DNA of 63,188 nucleotides from a virus: the IMG/VR virus record IMGVR_UViG_3300045988_166537. One strand, given 5' to 3'. The position numbers were made by a program, and so were the translations under genes. Within the stretch, counting starts at the first letter, position 1. Each line of letters begins with the position of its first letter. Under the pieces are notes generated by a model. The model had not been told where the DNA came from and ran no database searches. It saw only the letters and a list, made by a program, of their open reading frames with translations. Positions 15,965-25,800 of this stretch are shown here, piece after piece.

Positions 15965-16243
15965 TCACGCCTCCTCTAACTTGCCAAACTGTTTTTCATA
16001 TGCCTTATAGTCACGTTTAAGTAGCATATCTTGAGCTTTTTTTTCGGTCACCGCACGACCATGCCCATCAAAAACAACAAGCCAATTACCATTCTTGCTT
16101 TTATACAGTCCGGTATCGTACGTAACGCATGTAAACCCACCAAAAATCGGGTGATTTACTTCATATTCATATCTGAACTTATTCGATATAAGCTCCATCT
16201 TGTTAGTGTCATATTTCTTTTTATTTATTATGTATACTCCCAT
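15965..16243 (-). CDS. Hypothetical protein (92 aa)
   Basis: Track ORF. Confidence 0.65.
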   Translation of the reverse strand: MGVYIINKKKYDTNKMELISNKFRYEYEVNHPIFGGFTCVTYDTGLYKSKNGNWLVVFDGHGRAVTEKKAQDMLLKRDYKAYEKQFGKLEEA

Positions 16244-16245
16244 GA

Positions 16246-16470
16246 TTATTCAACTCCTTCCTCTTTAAACATGCGAACAATTATTTCCAGCACATCTTTA
16301 TCCGCCGGCGCTATACAGTATATCGTCTGATTTAATACGACATCAGATACCATCATACGATCATATACGTATGGATTTATTGCTATAATATCGGCACCAG
16401 TGTATTCATCTGAGATTTTTACCCATTTGGTGCATGACGATGCTAATTCCAAAACGTCCCTTACTGTCAT
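16246..16470 (-). CDS. Hypothetical protein (74 aa)
   Basis: Trimmed to the ATG at 16470 after AGGAAGGAGAAG. Confidence 0.6.
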   Translation of the reverse strand: MTVRDVLELASSCTKWVKISDEYTGADIIAINPYVYDRMMVSDVVLNQTIYCIAPADKDVLEIIVRMFKEEGVE

Positions 16471-16487
16471 TTCTACTCTTCTCCTTC

Positions 16488-16655
16488 CTACTCGTTGTCC
16501 AGCATCTGTTTTGTATATTTTATATTTGTTCGTAAGTCGTCGCTTGTACGAAACGACATATAGCCTGGCATAAGCGACAAGCAACCCTGCATCTCATCTA
16601 TTGCTGACATGATTGTTCGTTGGTTTATCAAAATCTGTCTTGATATTTCGTCCAT
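16488..16655 (-). CDS. Hypothetical protein (55 aa), not in the ORF track
   Basis: ATG at 16655 after AAGGGGGT and TAG at 16488. Confidence 0.5.
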   Translation of the reverse strand: MDEISRQILINQRTIMSAIDEMQGCLSLMPGYMSFRTSDDLRTNIKYTKQMLDNE

Positions 16656-16669
16656 GTCATTACCCCCTT

Positions 16670-16990
16670 CTAATCAATATAATCATCAAAAATCGTTATT
16701 GTAGGAAGATCGCCCGCATCGTCTTCATCATAGACTATGAACCCATATTTAGTTCCTTCCTGAGTCCGTATCAAACCCATAAGCTGCTCCAAAGAATTAA
16801 TATCAATGGTCCAGCGATCATCGGGCTTTTCTTTTTGCGTCTCTATAACATTCCCAGTCCGAATATCATGTATGTTCACCGGGTACTTTTTCATTCGCTT
16901 CTCCAATACACATCCTGGTATCGGTGGCTCAGCATTATCCGGAATATTATGACGATAATCGTCGCTCACCCTTGAAACTACGAATTTCAT
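16670..16990 (-). CDS. Hypothetical protein (106 aa)
   Basis: Track ORF with an AAGGAGTAAG SD. Confidence 0.7.
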   Translation of the reverse strand: MKFVVSRVSDDYRHNIPDNAEPPIPGCVLEKRMKKYPVNIHDIRTGNVIETQKEKPDDRWTIDINSLEQLMGLIRTQEGTKYGFIVYDEDDAGDLPTITIFDDYID

Positions 16991-17008
16991 AATTAACTTA
17001 CTCCTTTA

Positions 17009-17221
17009 TTACCTTTTCTTTATGAGTCCCTGTTCCATACCTACGGCAAGAATCACCAAGGCCTGTAACATATCGTAATACCACTTACTACTACCACGTG
17101 GATGAACATAGATTAGTAGTTGTCTGTATTTTACGGACTCATATGCTTTTTCTACGAACTGCCTGTCCCAATCTGATAGGGGATGTTCTAAATAACCCTC
17201 AACAAACTCTACGATAGTCAT
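17009..17221 (-). CDS. Hypothetical protein (70 aa)
   Basis: Trimmed to the ATG at 17221 after GAAAGGA. Confidence 0.6.
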   Translation of the reverse strand: MTIVEFVEGYLEHPLSDWDRQFVEKAYESVKYRQLLIYVHPRGSSKWYYDMLQALVILAVGMEQGLIKKR

Positions 17222-17235
17222 AAATATCATCCTTT

Positions 17236-17913
17236 CTACAACTTTCTACTCTTCCGTTCATCATATTCTTCTTTAGATATCTCAATCCACTTTCCCTCTT
17301 CATCGCCTTCTGGTTCTCTGAAGAATCTATCGATTTCAATTTTTTCCTGCTGACCATTCTCAGTTTTAATTGCATAAAATACTCCAACAGTATCAGAATC
17401 ACCATTCTTTTTGTCTGTTAGGAAATCCTCGCAATAAACCTTAATCGGCTTACTCGGCATATATGGCATCGTTATAGGAAACATTGCGTCAACGACACAA
17501 CTACCCAGACCCGAAGTGTATATGATACGCGGGTCATTAATGTCGACACAATACGATCTGTCATTGTCTCTGTATTTGATTGCTCCATCAGGATATACCT
17601 TCTTAAATAACGAAGGCATTCGTTTACACTGATACCATTTGAAACCGTCACTGTCATGCCATGTGCACGTATCCCAAATATCATCAGTATCCTCTATAGG
17701 TGTCAATGGCTTACCGTCTATGAGTCTGTTGAGGATACTCTGCGTCATTTTTATACTGAATCCTGAATGCCCATCTCCACATAAACTTTCAAATGCCTTT
17801 AGTGCACTCCCATAACAAGCACACCCATAATCAAACTCCCCCCTCTTTTTATCAGGGTTCTCTTTTCTACATGCAATCTCAACTTCTTTTCTTGCCCAAT
17901 CTAACATATTCAT
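17236..17913 (-). CDS. Hypothetical protein (225 aa)
   Basis: Track ORF with an AAGGAGGAG SD. Confidence 0.75.
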   Translation of the reverse strand: MNMLDWARKEVEIACRKENPDKKRGEFDYGCACYGSALKAFESLCGDGHSGFSIKMTQSILNRLIDGKPLTPIEDTDDIWDTCTWHDSDGFKWYQCKRMPSLFKKVYPDGAIKYRDNDRSYCVDINDPRIIYTSGLGSCVVDAMFPITMPYMPSKPIKVYCEDFLTDKKNGDSDTVGVFYAIKTENGQQEKIEIDRFFREPEGDEEGKWIEISKEEYDERKSRKL

Positions 17914-17930
17914 TTCTAATCTCCTCCTTG

Positions 17931-17973
17931 AAAAAATAAAAGAGCCTGAACTAAATATCAGTCCAGACCCTCT
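17931..17973 (-). terminator. Intrinsic terminator after 17978..18142
   Basis: The minus RNA stem needs G.U pairs, so it is strand-specific. It is followed by UUUUAUUUUUUC. Confidence 0.6.
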
Positions 17974-17977
17974 CGTC

Positions 17978-18142
17978 TTATTTTTTAAATTTGTTCTTGA
18001 TACGATTTACCTGTATCTTAGCTTTGTCTTTAAGCTCCGGATGCAAAGTCACAAGCCCAGTAATACCTACTACCGCTGGTACTATGACCTGTCCAATCCA
18101 AAGTCTTACTTCTCTAGCTGTTTCTCTCTGTCTGTAAGTCAT
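17978..18142 (-). CDS. Small membrane protein (54 aa), not in the ORF track
   Basis: ATG at 18142 after GAGGAGGTG. The TM segment reads 'WIGQVIVPAVVGITGLV'. TAA at 17978. Confidence 0.6.
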   Translation of the reverse strand: MTYRQRETAREVRLWIGQVIVPAVVGITGLVTLHPELKDKAKIQVNRIKNKFKK

Positions 18143-18157
18143 ATCGATCACCTCCTC

Positions 18158-18183
18158 ATTATAGAGGTTGTAAATATCGCGAC
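18158..18183 (-). promoter_or_regulatory. Conserved promoter-like element, copy 5
   Basis: Minus strand reads GTCGCG ATATTTACAACCTC TATAAT. The hexamer abuts the SD GAGGAGG. Confidence 0.65.
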
Positions 18184-18228
18184 CAAAATAAAAGAAGAGT
18201 CAATGTTTCCAAAGACCCTTCTCTGTTG

Positions 18229-18450
18229 TTAATAGAAATAATTACTTAATATAAATACCTTATACATGTCATAACAGTACTTAACCACGCTATCAACCGG
18301 ATAACCCGTACGTATCTTTTCTGTTATTTCATCAATGCTATACTCAAATTTTTTACCATCGTTTTCGATGATTATATTGAGTACGTCATCCCTGATTGCA
18401 CAAAATATACTTCCGATTATTCTCGGTTTTAGTGCCTTTTGTACTGCCAT
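18229..18450 (-). CDS. Hypothetical protein (73 aa); the start region is disrupted by a (TA)6 tract
   Basis: Track ORF with no SD of its own. The well-placed SD and ATG (18492-18477) are out of frame with it. Confidence 0.55.
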   Translation of the reverse strand: MAVQKALKPRIIGSIFCAIRDDVLNIIIENDGKKFEYSIDEITEKIRTGYPVDSVVKYCYDMYKVFILSNYFY

Positions 18451-18492
18451 ACTATATATATATATTCATAGTCTGTCATATACTTCACCTCC

Positions 18493-18518
18493 ACTATAGA
18501 GGCTGTTCTTTACGCGAA
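18493..18518 (-). promoter_or_regulatory. Conserved promoter-like element, copy 6
   Basis: Minus strand reads TTCGCG TAAAGAACAGCCTC TATAGT. It overlaps the stop codon of 18494..18814. Confidence 0.65.
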
Positions 18519-18814
18519 TTTAATAAAACTCGTCCTTCTCTTTTAAAATATATACGCATTACATAATCCCTATAAAGTCTGAGTATTATGTTAATTAAAT
18601 AATCCAAATGCATATACTCGATAGTATCTACGTCGTAATATTTGTAATACTCTGTAGTGCCATACGTTATGGTTATTTTTAAAAAGTCATCAAAAAGCTC
18701 ACATTTGATATTTCCAAACACAAAACGTGATAACTCCCTTTCAAGTACATCCTTACAATCGGACCAGTTTTTTACTGAGAAAAACATCCCCGACGACTTG
18801 TCTAATTCATCCAT
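18494..18814 (-). CDS. Hypothetical protein (106 aa)
   Basis: Trimmed to the ATG at 18814 after TAGGAGGAT. Confidence 0.65.
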   Translation of the reverse strand: MDELDKSSGMFFSVKNWSDCKDVLERELSRFVFGNIKCELFDDFLKITITYGTTEYYKYYDVDTIEYMHLDYLINIILRLYRDYVMRIYFKREGRVLLNSRKEQPL

Positions 18815-18822
18815 ATATCCTC

Positions 18823-20088
18823 CTATATATGTAACCATCTGCTTTCATTGAATTTCTTCTTATTGTTAATAGCTTTGCTGATTGCTATATCGATACTGGC
18901 CCTACTCTTCAGATGATAGTAATATAAATCAACAAACTTGGTATTCAGTCTATCAATTCGTCCTGCCGCCTGTTCCATAACCTTGTACGAGTAGTTCTGT
19001 GAGTAAAATATAATCGTATCGGTATCAACACAATTCCATCCCTCACACCCAGCCGTATACTGAACCAAATATACCCATCGCTCTGTATGCGGTATCTCCT
19101 GATGAGCATGTCCATTCCACTCAGCAAGCTCAAACCTGTCATCATCCATATATATCTCAAATATACTCTTTAGTATCTCCAGCTCATAATCAAAGTTATA
19201 AAATATAATGCATTTAGGGTGTTTTTCATACAGCTCCAACACCTTAGTCTGTCGTGTTTCATCGCTATTTACTACTTTTCTCAGCAAATAACATAACTCC
19301 GACGCATTCTCTATTGGTTTGTTCTCATATATATTCCATCTATCTTTGAATAATGACTTATACAGTTTCATGTCATACTCAGCGAAGACGTCTTCATGAT
19401 GCTGCACCGTAGATCGGTCAAATGGCATATCCACCAGCAGTCTCTCTCTGAGTCGTATAAGCCTACCAGTGTTAACATACCTATCAATCTTTGGGAACTT
19501 GGAAAACCTCGAATATATAACATGCTCATGGATAAACTCAGTCTTATTTCTATAAAAGCCATTAGCCAAAAATACAGGCAAATAATCCATCCATGTATCG
19601 CCGGGTGTGGCGGACAGTAATATCCATTCATTCGACTTTGTTATCTTCAGGAAGGCTTTTACCCAAGTCCCGTAACCAACCACTCGCTGCTCATCAAATA
19701 TAAAAAAAGCACCCTGAATATCAGAGTACTTCTTTACATTATTCCAGCTATCCACAACTATTTTGTTGCCGTTGGTTTTATTTAGTTTTGGGTTGGTTGA
19801 CATCATAAATGGGGCCATCTCATCCTCCCATTCATGAGTATCTCGTTTTCTTGCAGTGGTTATAATATATAAATCCTTAGGTCTCTTTTTCACAGGATGA
19901 TAGCCGGACTTATCAATCCGACCACCACTCTGTTGAAAAAAGTAATATAATCCAGTCCTACTCTTGCCAGAACCAGTGCCTCCACATAATATGCAACCAT
20001 TGTGCATCTTAGCGAGGGCTATCTGCTGATGAGGACGCAGAAATTCTTTGTCTTTAGTCACCGTCCACTGTGTCACCTCTTTAATCAA
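18823..20088 (-). CDS. SF2 (DEAD/SNF2-like) helicase (421 aa)
   Basis: Walker A reads 'GGTGSGKSRT', motif II 'FIFDEQR', motif III 'LSATPG', and the C-terminal arginine motif 'QAAGRIDR'. Confidence 0.75.
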   Translation of the reverse strand: MIKEVTQWTVTKDKEFLRPHQQIALAKMHNGCILCGGTGSGKSRTGLYYFFQQSGGRIDKSGYHPVKKRPKDLYIITTARKRDTHEWEDEMAPFMMSTNPKLNKTNGNKIVVDSWNNVKKYSDIQGAFFIFDEQRVVGYGTWVKAFLKITKSNEWILLSATPGDTWMDYLPVFLANGFYRNKTEFIHEHVIYSRFSKFPKIDRYVNTGRLIRLRERLLVDMPFDRSTVQHHEDVFAEYDMKLYKSLFKDRWNIYENKPIENASELCYLLRKVVNSDETRQTKVLELYEKHPKCIIFYNFDYELEILKSIFEIYMDDDRFELAEWNGHAHQEIPHTERWVYLVQYTAGCEGWNCVDTDTIIFYSQNYSYKVMEQAAGRIDRLNTKFVDLYYYHLKSRASIDIAISKAINNKKKFNESRWLHI

Positions 20089-20587
20089 GCTTATACTCTA
20101 TCATGCTTAGAATGAGCTCAACACTACTCCTTGTCCGCTCACTTAACTGCATATATTTTTTGTGGTCATCATACCACTTAAATACCCCAGCCAAATCACC
20201 AGACCGCCATGAAAATGACCACCAGTCGCAAATCATCTCGATGATATATTCGTCAGGCATGTCAAGCGCTACTATGCCTTCAGTTGGATCATCGTTTATA
20301 AGAACCCAATACTGCCAATGATGTGGATTGACGTGAATATGATGAAGCCATGCACGCCTAAACTCTTCAACTACTGCATAAGATCTATTCCCACCATAGA
20401 AGTACTTGTCATAGGCATCATATTCCTCATCCGAATACTTTGATGTATCATGATTAAGCAGATTTGCTTTCAAGTTGGGATACTTGCTTATTTTGAGCAC
20501 GTCATCGTAATTATCCAAAAGCCACGTATAAGCTTTCATAACTGCAACCTTATGCTCTTTAATATATTTGTCATACTCCTTACTCAT
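20081..20587 (-). CDS. Hypothetical protein (168 aa), His-rich 'HHIHVNPHHWQYW' motif
   Basis: Trimmed to the ATG at 20587 after GAAGGAGGTG. Confidence 0.65.
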   Translation of the reverse strand: MSKEYDKYIKEHKVAVMKAYTWLLDNYDDVLKISKYPNLKANLLNHDTSKYSDEEYDAYDKYFYGGNRSYAVVEEFRRAWLHHIHVNPHHWQYWVLINDDPTEGIVALDMPDEYIIEMICDWWSFSWRSGDLAGVFKWYDDHKKYMQLSERTRSSVELILSMIEYKLD

Positions 20588-20837
20588 GCTTGTCACCTCC
20601 TTCAACCGGGTGAGTTAGGTTACGTTTAAGGTCTATACTCATCCGCTGTAAAGTCTCTATAAACATGTCCATTTCTGCAAAACTCACAAATCCTAAATAT
20701 AAAGGTTCGCCATTAGGTGCATCCTTTGCTACGGCACCATTGTTATAGGTGAACTCACAGGTAGCAAGCTGCTTTGTCTCAGCCAAACCGACACATACGC
20801 CCGTTACTGCTGTATCAAGATTGTTTCCAGACATCAT
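20580..20837 (-). CDS. Hypothetical protein (85 aa)
   Basis: Trimmed to the ATG at 20837 after GGGGAGGAA. Confidence 0.6.
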   Translation of the reverse strand: MMSGNNLDTAVTGVCVGLAETKQLATCEFTYNNGAVAKDAPNGEPLYLGFVSFAEMDMFIETLQRMSIDLKRNLTHPVEGGDKHE

Positions 20838-20841
20838 AATC

Positions 20842-21975
20842 TTATTCCTCCCCATCCGAGTTGTTCGTTTCATCTTCCGGCGGAGTCATATACTTACCCC
20901 AAGGATATTTGCCTGATCTTATACCTTCTTTTTTCTTCTTGCAATCTGATTCAGCTTCTTCTCTCTTTCGCTTATCTGCAACACGCTTAGCAACCTTGTT
21001 GACCAGTTCTTTCCATTTCTGCCTAGTGAGCCCTGACCATATTTTATTCTGTCCCCGGCATTCATCAATCATTCCAACGATTTCCTTCTCGACCTCGTCT
21101 GAAACAGCCTGATCAGTCATCATGATGTCTTTCTTGGCATCTTTCTTATCCGCAATATAATACGTTACTGGTACATATTTCTTGAATACCTCATAGTAGT
21201 TACCCTTATTGCCGAACATCTTCTTGGCAACAGCCATAGCAAAACCTTTCTCAGGATCGTACCTATCGTTTTCCCCAGCCCTAACCATAGTTTTTGTTCC
21301 GTCCTTCCAAAGTATGACAGTTACTCGATCACTGAATATAACATCCTTTATGTTTAATCTAACATCACAATTCATAGTTTTTTCCTCCTTTATATATGCA
21401 ATAGCATTCGGGATTATTTTGCCGACAGGAATGCAATACTGTCTAAGTATTTCGTCGTTTAAATGATCTATTTCTTTCGCAAATGAAAAATCAATCAAAC
21501 CATAAGGCATGTTATCCGCCTTTTCCTGAGCTTCTTCCATCTTTGCTATATAATCTTCTGGATAGTTCACCGCTTTCGCCCCATATACAGAATTAAGTAG
21601 CATCTTTCTAGCATGCCCAAATTCTATATTCTTGAAAATAGCTGCTTCCTGTTCCACTCTATGAAATACTTCTTCCATAAACTTACTCAACAAGAAGAAC
21701 TTCTTTCCGTCTGGGGCCATCCGATGTCCAACCTCCCAATCCAACATAGCACTGGTAGGAGAATTATGATAATACAGCATATCAATTGCTCTAAGACCTC
21801 TTGTGTCGGCAACCCCGCATACAAAATTTATATTATATGGTCCAATTCGTACCCTGTTGCCAGCCCTAACAATATATAATGTTGTATCGACTGGATGCGT
21901 CATCACCCAATCCCTAGCTGCACGAATGAATCTACATCTACTCTCGCTACAGTTAATTACGACAACAATATTCAT
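20842..21975 (-). CDS. Hypothetical protein (377 aa)
   Basis: Track ORF with an AAGGAGGAG SD. It carries the conserved phage segment 'VTVILWKDGTKTMVRAGENDRYDPEKGFAMAVAKK'. Confidence 0.75.
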   Translation of the reverse strand: MNIVVVINCSESRCRFIRAARDWVMTHPVDTTLYIVRAGNRVRIGPYNINFVCGVADTRGLRAIDMLYYHNSPTSAMLDWEVGHRMAPDGKKFFLLSKFMEEVFHRVEQEAAIFKNIEFGHARKMLLNSVYGAKAVNYPEDYIAKMEEAQEKADNMPYGLIDFSFAKEIDHLNDEILRQYCIPVGKIIPNAIAYIKEEKTMNCDVRLNIKDVIFSDRVTVILWKDGTKTMVRAGENDRYDPEKGFAMAVAKKMFGNKGNYYEVFKKYVPVTYYIADKKDAKKDIMMTDQAVSDEVEKEIVGMIDECRGQNKIWSGLTRQKWKELVNKVAKRVADKRKREEAESDCKKKKEGIRSGKYPWGKYMTPPEDETNNSDGEE

Positions 21976-21990
21976 AAAAATCTCCTCCTT

Positions 21991-22031
21991 AAAATATAAA
22001 AGAGACCTAGCATATTGCTACGCTAAGTCTC
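21991..22031 (-). terminator. Intrinsic terminator after the SSB gene
   Basis: Minus RNA reads GAGACUUAGC-N10-GCUAGGUCUC followed by UUUUAUAUUUU. Confidence 0.65.
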
Positions 22032-22051
22032 GTGTGATCTATTCTTATATA

Positions 22052-22555
22052 TTACTTGAATGGCAATTCATCCTCATCGTCAGGTGCCTCTTCCTCTGCA
22101 AAACGCTGAGCAAATCTATCGATGTCCTGCTCCACATACAACCTATCAAGATATGCAGTACGACCAGTCTTGCCATTTACTGTCCAATCGTAAGGGCGAA
22201 TGTCCATATCTACCCTCTTTATTGTCATACGATCAAGAGAATATGCTTCATCCTCTGAAAGGTTTCTCCTATTTTTACCGCTTACCAGATATATGTCCGG
22301 ACCATACTCATTGAATTTAACTTTGACACGTAATGACATACGCGGATCATCGTCTGGATCAACTCCAGGTTTTATCTTTACATTCCATCCATTACTTACA
22401 AGTACATCTGCCATTTCTTTATCTGGTATAATTAACTGGAAGTTTCGGTCGCCTTCTCTATTGTAATCACCCCCCCTTCCTTCAAAATTCCTAAATATAA
22501 TTCTTGCATCGTCGATTATTAATCTCCCAGTTTTCTTTTCAATCTTTAATTCCAT
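22052..22555 (-). CDS. Single-stranded DNA-binding protein (T7 gp2.5-like / DUF2815-like), 167 aa
   Basis: It has the acidic C-terminal tail 'EEEAPDDEDELPFK', typical of SSB tails ending in an aromatic residue. It sits in the replication module. Confidence 0.55.
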   Translation of the reverse strand: MELKIEKKTGRLIIDDARIIFRNFEGRGGDYNREGDRNFQLIIPDKEMADVLVSNGWNVKIKPGVDPDDDPRMSLRVKVKFNEYGPDIYLVSGKNRRNLSEDEAYSLDRMTIKRVDMDIRPYDWTVNGKTGRTAYLDRLYVEQDIDRFAQRFAEEEAPDDEDELPFK

Positions 22556-22577
22556 TGTTTTATTCTCCTTTTTTTGT

Positions 22578-22613
22578 AAAAAATAAAGAGAGTCTAAGTT
22601 TCCCTAGACCCCC
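22578..22613 (-). terminator. Intrinsic terminator after 22620..22832
   Basis: Minus RNA reads GGGGGUCUAGG-GAAA-CUUAGACUCUC followed by UUUAUUUUUU. Confidence 0.6.
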
Positions 22614-22619
22614 TAATTG

Positions 22620-22832
22620 TTATTTCATGCCTTTTTTGACACCACGAATAAACGATGATATCCCTACGATAAGAAAATATGGCCACAGTATAACCGCCAA
22701 TATAGTCTCAACCATTCCAAACTTACCTTCATCAAAATCCGTTTGTGTTGATGCTATTATCATGACTATGATCAATATTCCTGCTACCACACATCCAATC
22801 AGTAAATACCACTGTATTAAATGTAATATCAT
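22620..22832 (-). CDS. Small membrane protein (70 aa, 2 TM)
   Basis: Track ORF with a GAGGAGGTG SD. Confidence 0.75.
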   Translation of the reverse strand: MILHLIQWYLLIGCVVAGILIIVMIIASTQTDFDEGKFGMVETILAVILWPYFLIVGISSFIRGVKKGMK

Positions 22833-22846
22833 AAAATCACCTCCTC

Positions 22847-22872
22847 ATTATAGAGGCTGTAATCTACGCGAT
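22847..22872 (-). promoter_or_regulatory. Conserved promoter-like element, copy 7
   Basis: Minus strand reads ATCGCG TAGATTACAGCCTC TATAAT. It overlaps the last codons and stop of the polymerase gene, and the hexamer abuts the SD. Confidence 0.65.
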
Positions 22873-25800
22873 ACTCTGTTTGAACGGTATATCACCAGTT
22901 ACTCCAGGTGGAATATACATAAAATCCATAGGCGGGTCAGTACATACATATGGATCATCCGAAGCAAACTGCTCAAAATCACCATACTTAGATATTTCTG
23001 CTATTGCTGCATCTACCTGTTTTCTGTAGAACGACTTGTCTATAGCGTTCTCTTTTCCGATCTGTCTCACCATCTCAGATTCAAGCCATCTATATCCAGT
23101 TGATCCCGATGCCGCATAGTTCTTGCCATTATCCACACGATATAGCACACCGCCATTCTCGCCAGTCAATATCGGTGTAAACTGACCAACCCTTCCTACA
23201 AACTGTAGGTTGTGACCCGGTTCAATATCCTCAGCAAGTTTCTTAGCCTCAGGCTCAAACATTATATCTGATATCTTACCTTTCTTATAGTCACTCTCGA
23301 GTTTATCAAGCTGCTTCTCAAGCTCACTCACGTCCGGAAGTTTTTCATTGATGTCCAAATATAAAGCTCCCTTGGATACTGAAAATGTCTCACACATGTC
23401 ATCAAATACTATTGGTTCATGGCTGAACAGAGTCTTGAATACATATGGGACTGCAAACTGCTTACCTGTAGCTGTCCATTCTCCACCATGCTCAGTATTA
23501 TCACCTGGCACATAACCATACATCCTCTGACAATCTTCTGGCGACTTGTATTTTGCAATATATACCGCATCGTTTACAAGGCACATCTTTTCATATGTAG
23601 CCTCATGCTCAAATGTGTATCCGTACCTCTTACCAAAGTCCATAACGAACTTGATAATCTCTGGTGTTGCATCTGGTATCTTGATTGAGTCTGTCTTGAT
23701 ATGAGCAACCTTGAATCCACGCTCCATAACTGCATGCTTGAGATCTATCATGAACAGTGCTCCACGCTTTGCCACTATATTATCGACATTTCTATTATCT
23801 CTGAACGGATTGTCAAAACCTGCGGCTGTCAAACCATAAACTGAATTAATAGCTGTCTTGAGTGCATTTGCCAAGTCCTTATGACTCAATTCACCGTTCT
23901 TAACTTTCTCAATATACGGTCTGAGCTTACCATCCATCATTTGGTCAACTTCATCCCATGCTTTATGTTTAATACTTACACGTCCCTCTACAATATCACG
24001 GAATGCTCTAGTGTATCTGACACCAAATAAACATTCTGCTATTATTGTATGCGGATGCATTGAAGCAATATCAAGCAATGCTACGTTGCCATACATGCCA
24101 GGAAAACCCTGAGCAAAGCCACCCTCTTTTGGGTCTTCTCCTCTGTACATTGACTTGCCAAATTCATGCGTATAGCCTGGGAAATATGGAAGTAAGCTGT
24201 CCTCTTTGAACGGTACTTCTGCATGTGGCGGATTATGTGGCGCTGCCATCATCTCCGGACATGTATCTTTTAGAAATAACAGCACATCAGGCGGAAGCTC
24301 TTTCACTGGCTGCGACAAATCCCTATACATGAATTCGCTCTGAGGTTTTCTATTCTTGCCAAATATAATTCTTGTAGTCAGAGTATTTGTTGTATCGTTA
24401 GCGGTCATCTCAGCCAAATCTGCCAGAATCTGCCTTGCTGTCCAGTCTGCCTTTAAATAATAAAATGCTGCCTCTGTGGATATAACATCGTTATCACAAT
24501 ATTCAGCAACTTTCACCCATAGTTCCTTTGGTACAGGCTTATCCCATTCTAATCCAAGCTCCTGGTGTTTGATCCTCAGTAATAACTTTCTGAGTTCATC
24601 ACTTATCTTAGATTTTGGGTCGTGAGCAACCTTTGACATCTCTATCTCGAGCTTCTTCAAACTCTTTTTATTGGTAGACGATGCAAAATCATAAATATCA
24701 GTGTACGATATGTTATACGCCTCGCCAAAGAATGCGTTATTATCATGATTTATTATCCTCTGTGATAATCTGTAGAGCTGCTCGTTGTCATATCCCATCA
24801 TAATTGCAAACAGAATATGATTATCGTATCGCCTACAGTTAAATCCGATCAGCCTATACCCAGTTATCAACTTCTCAATATCTATAGGCTTTGGATTGAT
24901 CATACGAACCATCGAATTTCCTTCACCAGCAATCTCCCAGTTCACCAAGCATAAGTTCGGAAATATCTCTATATCATAAAATGCTATAGGTTTCTCCGTG
25001 TCCTCAGTATTTTCAGAAGGTTCATCCGACTTGAACTTCATTTCTTTTACCTGCTTAATACAAAAGTCTGCATTATTTGTACTTGACATGGCAAACGCCA
25101 GCACAGCGTCGAACATATCACTTACGTCATAATGCAGACCTTGATTATAAGCATCGTCTAATATTTGTCGTATAAAACAAATACTGGGCTTAGTAGCTGG
25201 GTGTATCTCTTTATTGAGATTCCTTTTTATCAGCTGTCTAAGCCCTCGCTCGCTCTTTATTTTATCTTTTCCTACCGTGTTTTTCTCCTCCTTCAAAGGT
25301 AATCCAGAGTTAATAGTCGCTATAGGAATATCGTTACACTTGGTAAGCATACGTCTTAATGAACTATTACCCGTAAATACCTTTATTTCAATATCCTCAT
25401 CATAAATACGACTAAGCATTGAAACGTCCCCATCATAAATATAATGAAGATGTATGCCAGCTCCACTCTTACTGAGTTCTGCATATGTAGCAGGCCACTT
25501 ACTTGCCGCTTCAAGATTTCTCTCGAAGGATTTTTTACCATCATCTCCTTTTTTATCGAAGTCTATACCTATCAGATTAGTTTTGACATCTTGGACTTTC
25601 ACGTAATGCAGTTTATGAGTATCGAGCTCTTTCAGTTTAGTTTTACACTTATCCCATGATATCGTCGGAGTTTCGTTACTTGACGCATATTGCGCTGGAC
25701 AATCCGCGAGTTCATCGTCAAGTAAACTATGTTGTTCTTTAAACCTCAACCATGCAGGAATACTCGTTTCAGCAACTTCTGTCTTCTCTGTAGGTTCCTC

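Noticed and set aside
21803-23103. Plus-strand ORFs 21803..22258 and 22504..23103 (151 and 199 aa)
   Set aside because: They are antisense to well-supported minus-strand genes (SSB, polymerase). They run across terminators and promoter copies and have no ribosome-binding sites.
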